64,000 nt of DNA from Candidatus Omnitrophota bacterium (GTDB lineage Bacteria > Acidobacteriota > Aminicenantia > UBA2199), in NCBI GenBank assembly GCA_050258455.1, contig JBLMYT010000012.1, forward strand, positions 65,376 to 129,375. The letters run 5' to 3'. A program made the position numbers and the translations under genes. This document shows positions 50,558 to 60,190 of the stretch, in pieces (position 1 is the first letter of the stretch; each line of letters starts with the position of its first letter). The notes under the pieces are model-generated. The model did not search any database. It was not told the DNA's origin and saw only the letters and a list, made by a program, of their open reading frames with translations.

Positions 50558-52729
50558 ATGTTCACACACACATACCAAAAGAAATCGAATCGCGTACCGT
50601 TTCTGTTAACCGCTTTACTGGGTCTTGCGCTTCCGGCTCTGGGCTACGTGGGACCGGGCGCAGGCTTTGCCTTTGCCGGATCGTTTTTCTTCATTTTTGC
50701 TGCATTTTTTCTGGCTATCTTTAACTTTCTGACCTTTCCCGTCCGCGCCCTGATTAAGTTTTTAAAACGCCTCAAAACTTTAAAAAATGCCAAATACAAA
50801 CGGGTGATTATCATTGGCTTCGATGGCATGGACTACCGCCTGCTCTCCCGCTTCATGAAAGAAGGAAAAAAATTTCCCCACTTCCAAAAACTGGCAGACC
50901 AAGGCACCTTTGCTCCGCTCTGGAGCACCGAACCCCCGATCTCACCCGTCGCATGGTCCACCTTTTCCACGGGCGTCAACCCGGGCAAACACAATATCTT
51001 CGATTTCTTAACCACGGACCGCAACACCTACATGCCGAAAATGGCCGGTTCGGATATCCTTCCCCCCAAACGGAACATGAAACTGGGAAAATACGAGTTT
51101 CCGATTTCCAAACCCAAGATCGAATTGAAACGAAAGAGTCAGAGCTTCTGGAAAATCGCTTCCGAAAAAGGCATCTTTACGAGTGTCCTGCGCGTGCCGT
51201 TCACGTTTCCGCCGGAAAAATTTCCCGGTCTCATGGTCGCAGGATTGGGAACCCCCGATCTTCGCGGCACGCAAGGAACCTTTAGTTTTTTTTCCGATCA
51301 ATCCCCCGATTCCTCCAACGCCAACGGCGACCATTACGATATCTCCGAAGGGGTATTCGGAAAACTCGAAAAAGCGGCATCGCCGGCCCCGTCTTCCGCT
51401 GAATATACGGTATACAAAGGCAAAATAAAAGGCCCCACGCATCCGTTTATTAAAAACGGCCCCCAACTGGAAACCCCATTCACCCTAACCGTGACTCCCG
51501 ACGCTCAAGCCGCCACCGTCAAGGTGGGGAAAGAATCGGTAAAACTGGAAAAAGGGAAACTCTCCGGCTGGATGAGGCTGGAGTTTAAAGCCGGAATCGT
51601 CAAGATTCCCGGGATCGCGCAATGGGTGCTGGAAAGCGCGGAACCGAATCGTCCCATCCGCCTGTACCTGTCGCCGATTCATATCGACCCGGAAAAACCC
51701 TCGATGCCGATTTCCCACCCGCGAATCTTCTCGGTCTATCTTTCCAAATTGCTCGGTCCCTATGCAACCCTGGGAATGGCCGAAGATACCTGGGCCGTGA
51801 GCGAACGGGTGCTTTCCGAAGACGCTTTCATCGAGCAAGTCTATACCTACCACCACGAACGGGAAAAGGCGTTTTTCGATACCTTCAAAAAATATAAAAA
51901 CGGCCTGATCGTTCAGGTGTTCGAAGCCACGGACCGAATCCAACACATGTTCTGGCGCTACTTTCCGGATTCGGGCTCCCGCTCGGATAAACCGTCCCGG
52001 GAACCGCAGGTCAAGGAGGCCATCCTCCACTGCTACCAGGCCATGGACCGCTTCCTGGAAAAGTTATTTAAAGTCATGAAAAAAGACGATCTGTTGATGA
52101 TTGTGTCCGACCACGGATTCAATGCGTTTAACCGGGGCTTTCACCTCAATTCCTGGCTCCACCGGGAAGGGTACCTGGTCCTCAACGAAGGAAAAACCGC
52201 CAGCGGCAAATGGTACGCGGATGTGGACTGGTCCAAATCGCGCGCCTACGGGCAGGGGTTAAACGGGATTTTCTTAAACCTGAAAGGTCGGGAAAAATTC
52301 GGGATCGTGGAACCGGGTCCGGAGGAACACGCCCTCAAAGACGAAATCAAGCGAAAGTGTGCGGAAGTCAAAGATAGTGAAACGGGGCGAAACCCCATTC
52401 AAGCCGCATTCAAGCGCGAAGAGATCTACCGCGGTCCCTACACGGTGAATGCGCCGGATATTGTCGTCGGCTACAACGTGGGATACCGCGTCTCCTGGGA
52501 GTCGGCCGTCAATTATGTGAACCCGACGGATGCCCCCTTATGCTCCGACAATACCCGGATGTGGAGCGGCGACCATGCGTTTACGCGTGCCGCGGTTCCC
52601 GGTATCTTCTTTTCCAATAAGAAGATCAACCAAACGGATCCGACGCTCGCGGATATCTCTCCGACCGTACTGTCCGCCCTGGGCATCAAGCCCCCGGCAT
52701 TTATCGACGGCCGGGATCTGGGAATTTGA
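50558..52729 (+). CDS. membrane-anchored alkaline-phosphatase-superfamily enzyme (type I phosphodiesterase/nucleotide pyrophosphatase family)
   Basis: N-terminal TM helices are followed by VIIIGFDGMDY...STEPPISPVAWSTFSTG, the metal-binding core of the NPP/AlkP family. Confidence 0.7.
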   Translation: MFTHTYQKKSNRVPFLLTALLGLALPALGYVGPGAGFAFAGSFFFIFAAFFLAIFNFLTFPVRALIKFLKRLKTLKNAKYKRVIIIGFDGMDYRLLSRFMKEGKKFPHFQKLADQGTFAPLWSTEPPISPVAWSTFSTGVNPGKHNIFDFLTTDRNTYMPKMAGSDILPPKRNMKLGKYEFPISKPKIELKRKSQSFWKIASEKGIFTSVLRVPFTFPPEKFPGLMVAGLGTPDLRGTQGTFSFFSDQSPDSSNANGDHYDISEGVFGKLEKAASPAPSSAEYTVYKGKIKGPTHPFIKNGPQLETPFTLTVTPDAQAATVKVGKESVKLEKGKLSGWMRLEFKAGIVKIPGIAQWVLESAEPNRPIRLYLSPIHIDPEKPSMPISHPRIFSVYLSKLLGPYATLGMAEDTWAVSERVLSEDAFIEQVYTYHHEREKAFFDTFKKYKNGLIVQVFEATDRIQHMFWRYFPDSGSRSDKPSREPQVKEAILHCYQAMDRFLEKLFKVMKKDDLLMIVSDHGFNAFNRGFHLNSWLHREGYLVLNEGKTASGKWYADVDWSKSRAYGQGLNGIFLNLKGREKFGIVEPGPEEHALKDEIKRKCAEVKDSETGRNPIQAAFKREEIYRGPYTVNAPDIVVGYNVGYRVSWESAVNYVNPTDAPLCSDNTRMWSGDHAFTRAAVPGIFFSNKKINQTDPTLADISPTVLSALGIKPPAFIDGRDLGI

Positions 52730-52796
52730 AAAAACGAATGTTGATCATTAATCAATATCACTTAAATATGAAACCATCAATGAAAAGGAGAAACAT

Positions 52797-52985
52797 ATGG
52801 CTACAAAAGTGAAACTCAGCAAGGAAGCCGCCGAAAAGGCAGATCATATTATTGCATACCACGGGTATTCCTCCCTGGACGAAATGGTTGAAAACCTGAT
52901 CGGAAACGAATACGACCGGATCAAAACCGGCGGCAACAAAGACGAACAGGCCGAAGCCCTCAGCGGCCTGGGTTATATTTCCTGA
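52797..52985 (+). CDS. small hypothetical protein (62 aa)
   Basis: A good ribosome-binding site (AAAGGAGAAAC). No known motifs. Confidence 0.35.
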   Translation: MATKVKLSKEAAEKADHIIAYHGYSSLDEMVENLIGNEYDRIKTGGNKDEQAEALSGLGYIS

Positions 52986-53005
52986 TCCGCGCTTCCGAAA
53001 CCACC

Positions 53006-53827
53006 ATGATTCACGCAGTCAATGTCGCGGTCACCCGGGCGTTCGATTTCCTTCTGGTTCCGTTTCAATTCATCGATCCGCGCTGGGGGTTATTCGCGTT
53101 AAGCGTCTTGATGGCGTTTATCGTTTTATATATATATAAATGGGTATCGGCGCCCCATCTGATCAAACGGACCAAAGACCGGATCAAAGCCAATATCCTG
53201 GCCATTCGGTTATACAAAGATTTGTGGAAGGTCATCCTGTTGTCGTTTGTTAAGAGCTTGTATTACACCTTGAAGTATTTTGGATTGAATTTTGGCCCGG
53301 TTCTGATCCTCCTGCCCCTGCTCTTTCCCCTGTTTGTCCAGATGGATATCCGCTACGGTATGAAACCGTATCGCATTGGCGATGAAATCGTGGTCAAAGC
53401 CACTTTCGCCAACGGCGGCATCGAAGGCAAAGAAATCCGGCTGTTGAGCGATGATCATTTTAAACCGCTGATGAATCCCGTATTCATCAAACCGCTGAAT
53501 GAAGTGAACTGGAAATTGGAAGCCCGGAAAAATGGGGTCACGCAGGTACGGATCCAGGTTCAGGATAAAGTCTATGAAAAGAATCTGGTGATCGGAAACG
53601 TCCCCGGTGCCGTCTCGAATCGGAAAATGAGGGAATCCCGCTGGGCGCATTTCCTCTATCCCGCCGAGCCCTTGCTCCCGGACCGGGGCGATGTGGAAAG
53701 CATCTCGGTCCATTATCCGGAAAACGACCTGAGGGTCGGCATTCCCATGCACTGGCTGGTATTCAACCTGATCGTTGTGTTTGGCGTGGTTTTGGCCTTT
53801 AAAAACAAGTTTGGAATCGAATTTTAA
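53006..53827 (+). CDS. integral membrane protein, hypothetical
   Basis: Several TM helices, plus a soluble domain toward the C-terminus. Confidence 0.45.
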   Translation: MIHAVNVAVTRAFDFLLVPFQFIDPRWGLFALSVLMAFIVLYIYKWVSAPHLIKRTKDRIKANILAIRLYKDLWKVILLSFVKSLYYTLKYFGLNFGPVLILLPLLFPLFVQMDIRYGMKPYRIGDEIVVKATFANGGIEGKEIRLLSDDHFKPLMNPVFIKPLNEVNWKLEARKNGVTQVRIQVQDKVYEKNLVIGNVPGAVSNRKMRESRWAHFLYPAEPLLPDRGDVESISVHYPENDLRVGIPMHWLVFNLIVVFGVVLAFKNKFGIEF

Positions 53828-53839
53828 CGATTTTAACGG

Positions 53840-54301
53840 ATGAAACTCGTACTGATCTGTGTGGGGGAATTGAAATTCAAGGGGCTGGTCGAGCTGGAAC
53901 GCCAATACATTGACAAAATCAATTTCTTTACCGGTTTTGAGGTTCGGGGAATCCGGGACATCAAATCCGACGACGATGCCATGAAGAAGAAGAAAGAGGG
54001 GCTGGCCATACTGGAGTTGCTGGACAAACGGGATTTTGTCATTGCCCTGGATCAATACGGGAAAAAAATGGACTCTCTGGCCTTTGCCTCTTTTTTGGAA
54101 GACAAGATGATGCATCATCCTCACCGCCTCGTGTTTCTGATCGGCGGCCATGCCGGTTTATCGGAGCTTCTCAATGACCGGATTCAGGTCAAACTATCGT
54201 TTTCCGATTTGACGTTTGGGCACGACATCTTCCGGTTGCTCTTTCTCGAACAAGTGTACCGTGCCTTTACCATCATCAAAAAAATAAAATACCACCGGTA
54301 A
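53840..54301 (+). CDS. rlmH: 23S rRNA (pseudouridine1915-N3)-methyltransferase RlmH (SPOUT family)
   Basis: FLIGGHAGLSE and SFSDLTFGHDIFRLLFLEQVYRAF match RlmH C-terminal motifs. Confidence 0.85.
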   Translation: MKLVLICVGELKFKGLVELERQYIDKINFFTGFEVRGIRDIKSDDDAMKKKKEGLAILELLDKRDFVIALDQYGKKMDSLAFASFLEDKMMHHPHRLVFLIGGHAGLSELLNDRIQVKLSFSDLTFGHDIFRLLFLEQVYRAFTIIKKIKYHR

Positions 54302-54385
54302 ATAAAAATTACGATAATTCTTTCATAATTTGAAATCTTCGTCGATTTATGGTAAATTATAGGGGAGTATTGTATTGCAGGAGGC

Positions 54386-54595
54386 ATGATGCAACAGGAT
54401 CCGGAAATTTCAAATTTAAGCAAGGTATGTGAGATTCTCAAACCATTAAATAAAGCGCAGATTTACCGTATAATTCAATGGATTGAAGACCGTTACGAAA
54501 TCAACGATAACCCGCCCGAACCCGAACCCGCGATTGAGCAATCTACAGACGAAGGCACCGAAGCCGACGAAAGTAACGAAATCGAAAATAAATAA
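54386..54595 (+). CDS. small acidic hypothetical protein (69 aa)
   Basis: An AGGAGG ribosome-binding site and an acidic C-terminal tail. Confidence 0.35.
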   Translation: MMQQDPEISNLSKVCEILKPLNKAQIYRIIQWIEDRYEINDNPPEPEPAIEQSTDEGTEADESNEIENK

Positions 54596-54720
54596 AATAT
54601 AAAAAGACGGAAAGAGATTCAATGGTTAAATCGATGAATTGAGCCTTGAGATGGTTTAAAATTCTCTCAAGCCCGCAGGGATTCTTGATTTTTACTCCAA
54701 AATATTATATTGTTAATAGG

Positions 54721-55272
54721 ATGAAGAAATGGGTAAATATTCCGAATACGTTGAGCACGATGCGTATCATGACAATTCCTGTCATTATGTATCTGATTTT
54801 CCATACGACCCCCCAGACGTTCCCTATTCTGATTACGGTTTACTTTTTCTCGATATGCCTGGATTTTTTTGACGGCTTCCTGGCCCGAAAATTATCCCAG
54901 GAAACCGAATTGGGAAAAATCCTCGACCCCATCGCCGATAAATTGATGGTATTCGCGCTTGTCTTTTCCTTGATCGTGAAAGCGGATTTCCCCTTGTGGT
55001 TAGGAATCGTCATTGTGGCCAGGGATATCCTGATCCTCATTGCCGGTGCCGTGATTTTCAAGGGAAAGCACACCATTCTCTCCTCGATCCTGGTGGGAAA
55101 GATTACCTTCGGTTTGCTCAGCGCGCTCCTGCTCATCTACATTCTCGACCTATCGGTCAGCATTGACCTTGAAGTCTTAAAAAATTTCTTTGTCCCCTTG
55201 TGTACCTGTTTCATTGCCTGGTCTTTCCTCGAGTACTATAAAATATATATAAGGAAAAAACATGAATACTAA
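54721..55272 (+). CDS. CDP-alcohol phosphatidyltransferase family protein
   Basis: The signature DFFDGFLAR...G...DPIADK (D-G-x2-A-R...G-x3-D-x3-D). An internal ATG start was chosen over the ORF-track start. Confidence 0.7.
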   Translation: MKKWVNIPNTLSTMRIMTIPVIMYLIFHTTPQTFPILITVYFFSICLDFFDGFLARKLSQETELGKILDPIADKLMVFALVFSLIVKADFPLWLGIVIVARDILILIAGAVIFKGKHTILSSILVGKITFGLLSALLLIYILDLSVSIDLEVLKNFFVPLCTCFIAWSFLEYYKIYIRKKHEY

Positions 55273-55633
55273 CGTCAAGCCTATTCTCGTCGTCGATGAC
55301 GATCCGGAAATTCGTGAATTGTTAACCGTTTTTTTGGAAGAGAAGGGTTTTAACGTAACAACCGCCCCCGATGGCCTTCAGGTCATGGATCGTATCCACC
55401 ACGACATGCCGAGTATTGTGATCATGGACCTGGTGTTGCCGGGAAAACCCGGTATTCCCCTGGTCCGATCGATTAAAGCGACGTATGCGATTCCTCTCAT
55501 TATCATATCCGGAATATACAAACGGGAAGAAATCGTCGATCTGATCGAAGAATGCAAGGTCGAAGGATTCCTCGACAAACCCATTGATCTTCATCGTCTG
55601 ATGGATATTGTGAATTCAATTATTAATGCATGA
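55262..55633 (+). CDS. single-domain response regulator (CheY-like receiver)
   Basis: ILVVDDDPEIREL plus an acidic pocket, with the conserved aspartate in the IMDLVLPG context. Confidence 0.8.
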   Translation: MNTNVKPILVVDDDPEIRELLTVFLEEKGFNVTTAPDGLQVMDRIHHDMPSIVIMDLVLPGKPGIPLVRSIKATYAIPLIIISGIYKREEIVDLIEECKVEGFLDKPIDLHRLMDIVNSIINA

Positions 55634-56567
55634 TACGTTTAACTCTTTTAGTTTCTTTTTAAAAAAAAAATTTAACAATCAGAAGGTTCGTAAAATCCCC
55701 ATTAATGCCGGGTTCCCTTGCCCCAACAAGAACGGCAAAATTTCGGACAAAGGCTGTATCTTTTGCGATACGTACGGCTCGGGTCCGATTCCCTATTTTC
55801 ATTTGCCCATTTCCGAACAAATCAAGAGTTTTATCGGGGACCACACCGAATTCAAATACATTGCCTACTTCCAGGCGCATACCAACACGGCAGCCCCGGT
55901 CGAGATCCTGCGAAAAACCTATGACATCATCTTTGATTTCGATGAAATCGTCGGACTCTCGATCGGTACCCGGCCGGATTGTATCGCCGAGGACGTGTAC
56001 CCGCTACTGGAAGAATTGAATCAAAAGACATACCTGACCGTGGAACTGGGGCTTCAATCCATTCATCCCCAAAGTCTGCAATTTCTCGATCGCAACCATA
56101 CGTACGCACAGTTTCTGGAGACCTTTGAGAAGCTCAACCGTCGGGGGATCGATGTGGTGGTTCATTTGATCGTGGGCATCCCGGGTGAAACCCCCGACCA
56201 CATGATGGAAACCATTGGCGAGATGAACCGGATCCAACCGGCCGGGATCAAGTTTCATCTCATGCATGTGTTAAAGAACACGCGATTATTCGATCTCTAT
56301 GAAGCGAACGCGTTCCGGCTCCTGGAGCGGGAGGAATACATGGAACTGGTCATTCGCTTTTTGGAACACCTGGCGCCTTCGATTGTGGTCCATCGGGTCA
56401 CGGGCGAGCGCGACCGGCTCATTTTCCATGCTCCGGCCTGGTCCCAGGAGCGGCACAAGGTCATCCAGACGATCCGCGCCCGAATGACGAAACGGGGCAC
56501 GTTTCAGGGCTGCTGTTTTCAACCGCGTGAAGAAACGCCTCGAGAATCAGGATCCGAATTAAAATGA
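55626..56567 (+). CDS. radical SAM protein, TIGR01212 (YhcC) family
   Basis: The N-terminal FPCPNKNGKISDKGCIFCD Cys cluster is typical of TIGR01212. It has a TIM-barrel-like rSAM core. Confidence 0.75.
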   Translation: MHDTFNSFSFFLKKKFNNQKVRKIPINAGFPCPNKNGKISDKGCIFCDTYGSGPIPYFHLPISEQIKSFIGDHTEFKYIAYFQAHTNTAAPVEILRKTYDIIFDFDEIVGLSIGTRPDCIAEDVYPLLEELNQKTYLTVELGLQSIHPQSLQFLDRNHTYAQFLETFEKLNRRGIDVVVHLIVGIPGETPDHMMETIGEMNRIQPAGIKFHLMHVLKNTRLFDLYEANAFRLLEREEYMELVIRFLEHLAPSIVVHRVTGERDRLIFHAPAWSQERHKVIQTIRARMTKRGTFQGCCFQPREETPRESGSELK

Positions 56568-56608
56568 ATCTTATGATGTGTTTTATGATATATATGATAT
56601 AATGGCGC

Positions 56609-57322
56609 ATGGAGGTTTTTTTCAACATGGAACACGACACGAATCAGGATAACAGTCATCAGGTCAAACCCTTAAAAATACAGAACGGTATATTTGTTGC
56701 GGGTCATCCTCGGAGCGGCACCTCGCTGGTCTGTAAGCTGCTGGAAACGGCCGGGGTTCATTTCCCTTCGGATCTGGCCGCCGATCAATATAACGCGGAC
56801 GGCTATTTTGAACTTTCTTCGGCAAAGGAACTGGAAAAGAAATTAATCGACGAAGCCATGACCCCTTCCAATATCATCGAACTCAACGCCATCATCCGTA
56901 TCTTAAATGAAGGCAATGGACTCACCGGTTTAAAAATTGTCCATATTCCCGCCTTGTTCTTCTACAAGCACCTGTGCAAAAATATGCGCGTGGTCTTTGT
57001 GTACCGGAACCCGTCGGATGTGTATTCGAGCATGCTGCGGCGCGGGATCTCCAGTTTCAAGCTCGATTGGTTTCGCAACAACAATGCCATTATCTCCGGT
57101 TTTGAAAATATCCCCAAAAGTATCATCATCAGTTATGAGTTTCTCATCAACGGCAAGGGCGAAACCATCAAAAAAGCGTTTAAAAAGCTGGGCTTTAATG
57201 TCAATCCGGAAGCCATTAAGGAAGATTCCCGTACTCAGGAAAACAGCGGCGTTGTCCTGACCCAAGACGAGAAACGGTTGTACGATTACTTAAAAAAATT
57301 GGAAAAAAAGAGTTGGAAATAA
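56609..57322 (+). CDS. sulfotransferase-family protein
   Basis: GHPRSGTSL is a P-loop-like 5'-PSB motif. The size and layout fit a cytosolic sulfotransferase fold. Confidence 0.55.
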   Translation: MEVFFNMEHDTNQDNSHQVKPLKIQNGIFVAGHPRSGTSLVCKLLETAGVHFPSDLAADQYNADGYFELSSAKELEKKLIDEAMTPSNIIELNAIIRILNEGNGLTGLKIVHIPALFFYKHLCKNMRVVFVYRNPSDVYSSMLRRGISSFKLDWFRNNNAIISGFENIPKSIIISYEFLINGKGETIKKAFKKLGFNVNPEAIKEDSRTQENSGVVLTQDEKRLYDYLKKLEKKSWK

Positions 57323-57417
57323 ACGGAAGTGTCTAATAAGTTGGTTTGAGTGGTTTGAGATGGAAGAACCGGTAGAGAGCCAGGGTTTCAACTCTCTACC
57401 GGTACCGAATCGGTGAA

Positions 57418-59277
57418 TTACTTCTTGGCGGCTTTTTTGGCAGCCGGGGCTTTTTTATCCGCCGGTGCTTTCCCCGCTTTGTCGGCGGCGGCTTTCTTGG
57501 CCGCTTTTTTTGCTTCTTCGTCGACGATGTATTTTTCTAACTTTTTAAGATCCGCGTCCAGGGTAAATACCGGCAAAATATCGGTTGGAACCTCGGTGAC
57601 CTGGTTGAGGACGAACTGGGCTTCCATCGGGATGTTTTTATATTTATCGAGCAGTTGTTTTGCCCGAGCATAATCGCCGGCGGATTCGATTTCCAGCAGT
57701 TCCGTTGCCAGTTGTTTCACGGCATTGACGATATTTTTGGGATCGATTTGGAATTGACCCGTGGTCTTATCACAGATAATCCCCTTTTTTTCCATGAGGT
57801 AATTCAATTGAAGGGCACACCCGATGCCATGGGCTTCGTTGGCCCCAAACCGCATGACTCGGAAGAGTCCGCCCAGGTAACTGGGGTAAAGTTCTTTGTC
57901 GATATTTCGGGCAAAGATTCCCTTTTTGGCCAGATACAGGCAGTTCCAGAGCCCGAGGATATCGGCTTTGGCCTCTTCGATCGCGGAATTGAGTTCCTTG
58001 AGTTCTTTGGCGACCGTGGTGGGTTTGCCGTCTTTGACGATGTTGCCGGGGCCCAGACCATGGGACACCTCGTGCATCAGCAAAAAGCTGAAATACCCGC
58101 CAAAGGAGACATTGGCGTAATCCTTTTTGGTGAGCGCTTTGGAGGCGATGGGCAAGAGGCTTTTCCGGAACTTGGCTTCCGAGACGTTTTTAAGCATAAT
58201 CTTTTTCGAGCCTTTGAGTTCTCGGACCCGTTCATCGTTGGGAAGATTAAAGGCCGACGTCTGAACGCTGCATTTGGCTTCGCCGCCGGTGTACAGCTCA
58301 TCGACGACCAGGATGGGAGAACTCTTGCCGTGCTTAAACTCTTTCTTGTATTTATCGGCAACGGGTAAGTTCTTTTCCATATCGTCGAGGGCTTTGGCGA
58401 CCTTTTCCATTTTTTTGCTTTCCTCCGGATCCACGACACTGACAAAGGATTCAAAGGCGGCTTTGTAGTTAAACAAACCATCCTCATAAACCTCGTACGG
58501 ACCGATGACCACTTCGATTTTATGATCATTGAGGTCCATCCAATCGATATCGCTTTGGAAATAATCGTTGCTGAGGAACGCGTCGGCCCGGGAGCGAAGG
58601 TATTTCTTGAGGGACGGGTTGGGAACGGCTTTGGCGGCGTCCCGAAGGTATTGGGCGGCTTTTTCCAGATCTTTTTTATAGTATTCGGAATAAGGAACCG
58701 CCGTCAATTTTCCATCCTTTCGGACAATCACCGTATAAGGCGAGGTGAAATTCTTCTCGTCTCCCGGATTGGCTTTGATATGGGATTCGAATTCTTCCTT
58801 GGTGATGTCTTCGGGGTAGTAGTTGGCGCCCGGGAGTTTCTTTTCATTCAGGTTGATAAACGGTTTATCGTTTTCCAACCGGTCGAACGGTCCGAAATTC
58901 AGGTTGAAATAATTCATCAACGGCTTGATTTTCGGATTTTGACGGTACATTTCCTTGATGGCTTGTTTGATTTCGACGTTTTTACTGTAGACTTGTTTTA
59001 AAAATATGCTATCCATGGCCCGCGACGCGCGCACGAGCAGGGTCAGGGTTTTGATTTCGTTGTTGCTGTATTTGGATGGGTCGTAAGACACTTCGATGGG
59101 AATCATCTTTTTGGCTCGTGCCACCAGCACATTCAAATCCTCGTGGTCTTTGACCACTTCGGTCGGCGCAAGATGGGCGGTGGGTTTATCGGTTTGGTTC
59201 ATGGATTTCTCCTTTTTTCCGCAGCCGAAGGCCAGGAAAATGATCACCAGCGCCAGAGCGATGTATTTATATTTCAT
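57418..59277 (-). CDS. lipoprotein zinc metallopeptidase, DPP III (M49)-like, with a Lys/Ala-rich C-terminal tail
   Basis: Lipobox LAFGC. HEVSHG (HExxH) is followed by EEAKAD, which resembles the M49 EECRAE second motif. The C-terminus ends KKAAKKAAADKAGKAPADKKAPAAKKAAKK. Confidence 0.5.
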   Translation of the reverse strand: MKYKYIALALVIIFLAFGCGKKEKSMNQTDKPTAHLAPTEVVKDHEDLNVLVARAKKMIPIEVSYDPSKYSNNEIKTLTLLVRASRAMDSIFLKQVYSKNVEIKQAIKEMYRQNPKIKPLMNYFNLNFGPFDRLENDKPFINLNEKKLPGANYYPEDITKEEFESHIKANPGDEKNFTSPYTVIVRKDGKLTAVPYSEYYKKDLEKAAQYLRDAAKAVPNPSLKKYLRSRADAFLSNDYFQSDIDWMDLNDHKIEVVIGPYEVYEDGLFNYKAAFESFVSVVDPEESKKMEKVAKALDDMEKNLPVADKYKKEFKHGKSSPILVVDELYTGGEAKCSVQTSAFNLPNDERVRELKGSKKIMLKNVSEAKFRKSLLPIASKALTKKDYANVSFGGYFSFLLMHEVSHGLGPGNIVKDGKPTTVAKELKELNSAIEEAKADILGLWNCLYLAKKGIFARNIDKELYPSYLGGLFRVMRFGANEAHGIGCALQLNYLMEKKGIICDKTTGQFQIDPKNIVNAVKQLATELLEIESAGDYARAKQLLDKYKNIPMEAQFVLNQVTEVPTDILPVFTLDADLKKLEKYIVDEEAKKAAKKAAADKAGKAPADKKAPAAKKAAKK

Positions 59278-59315
59278 TTACTCCTCCGTTGAATCAACTT
59301 GAATAAAAGGCAAAA

Positions 59316-60104
59316 TTATTTTCTGGGTTTCGGAGGGGCCGCTTGTTGAGTCGCGGGCTGGGAGGCAGTGGGTTCGGGGGGTTCGATGCTGAGCAGTTGA
59401 ACTTCGAAGATTAAGACGGCATTGGGTCCGATTACAGCGCCGGCGCCCATTTCTTTATAAGCCAGATCGGAGGGGATAAAGAATTTATACCGGGATCCCA
59501 CCTTCATCAACTGAAGACCTTCGCTCCATCCGGGAATGACCTTGGATAATTCGAAGATGGCGGGTTGGCCGCGTTTGTAAGAACTGTCGAATTCGGAGCC
59601 ATCCAGGAGCGTGCCTTTGTAGTGCACTTTGACCCTGTCGGTTAATTTGGGCATTTCGCCCTTTCCTTCTTCCATCACGATATATTGAAGACCGCTCGGC
59701 GTGACTTTCACTCCGGGTTTTTTGGCGTTTTCTTTAAGAAACGACTGGCCTTCGGCTTTATTTTTTTCTCCCTGAACTTTTCGTTTGGCTTCGAATTTCT
59801 GTGTTAATTTTTGCGAAAATGCCCGAAGAATGATGTCTCGGTCTTGCGCCACGATTTGTTGTTTGTTATTGACAGCGGCATCTCTGATGCCCTGGTAGAA
59901 GGTATCCATATCCAATTCATCGGCAATTTCTTTAATTCGGGTACCGAGATCATAACCTACCGCGTAACTCACTTTTTGGCGTTCGACTTTAAGGTCCACT
60001 ACTTTTTCGGGTCTGACTTCGGATTTCGAACAATTGACACTGATAATCAATAACGCGATCATTAAAACGAACATAAATTTTTTCATTATCCTATACTCCT
60101 TCAA
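59316..60104 (-). CDS. FKBP-type peptidyl-prolyl cis-trans isomerase (FkpA-like, periplasmic)
   Basis: A signal peptide and a C-terminal FKBP domain: VHYKGTLLDGSEFDSS...GWSEGL...LIFEVQLL. Confidence 0.85.
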   Translation of the reverse strand: MKEYRIMKKFMFVLMIALLIISVNCSKSEVRPEKVVDLKVERQKVSYAVGYDLGTRIKEIADELDMDTFYQGIRDAAVNNKQQIVAQDRDIILRAFSQKLTQKFEAKRKVQGEKNKAEGQSFLKENAKKPGVKVTPSGLQYIVMEEGKGEMPKLTDRVKVHYKGTLLDGSEFDSSYKRGQPAIFELSKVIPGWSEGLQLMKVGSRYKFFIPSDLAYKEMGAGAVIGPNAVLIFEVQLLSIEPPEPTASQPATQQAAPPKPRK

Positions 60105-60190
60105 AAGGTTTTATTTGTACTTCGAGATTTCAATAGTATCAGAAATTACGGCAAAAAACAAGAGACGGGTATCGCGGAATTAAGGATTCA

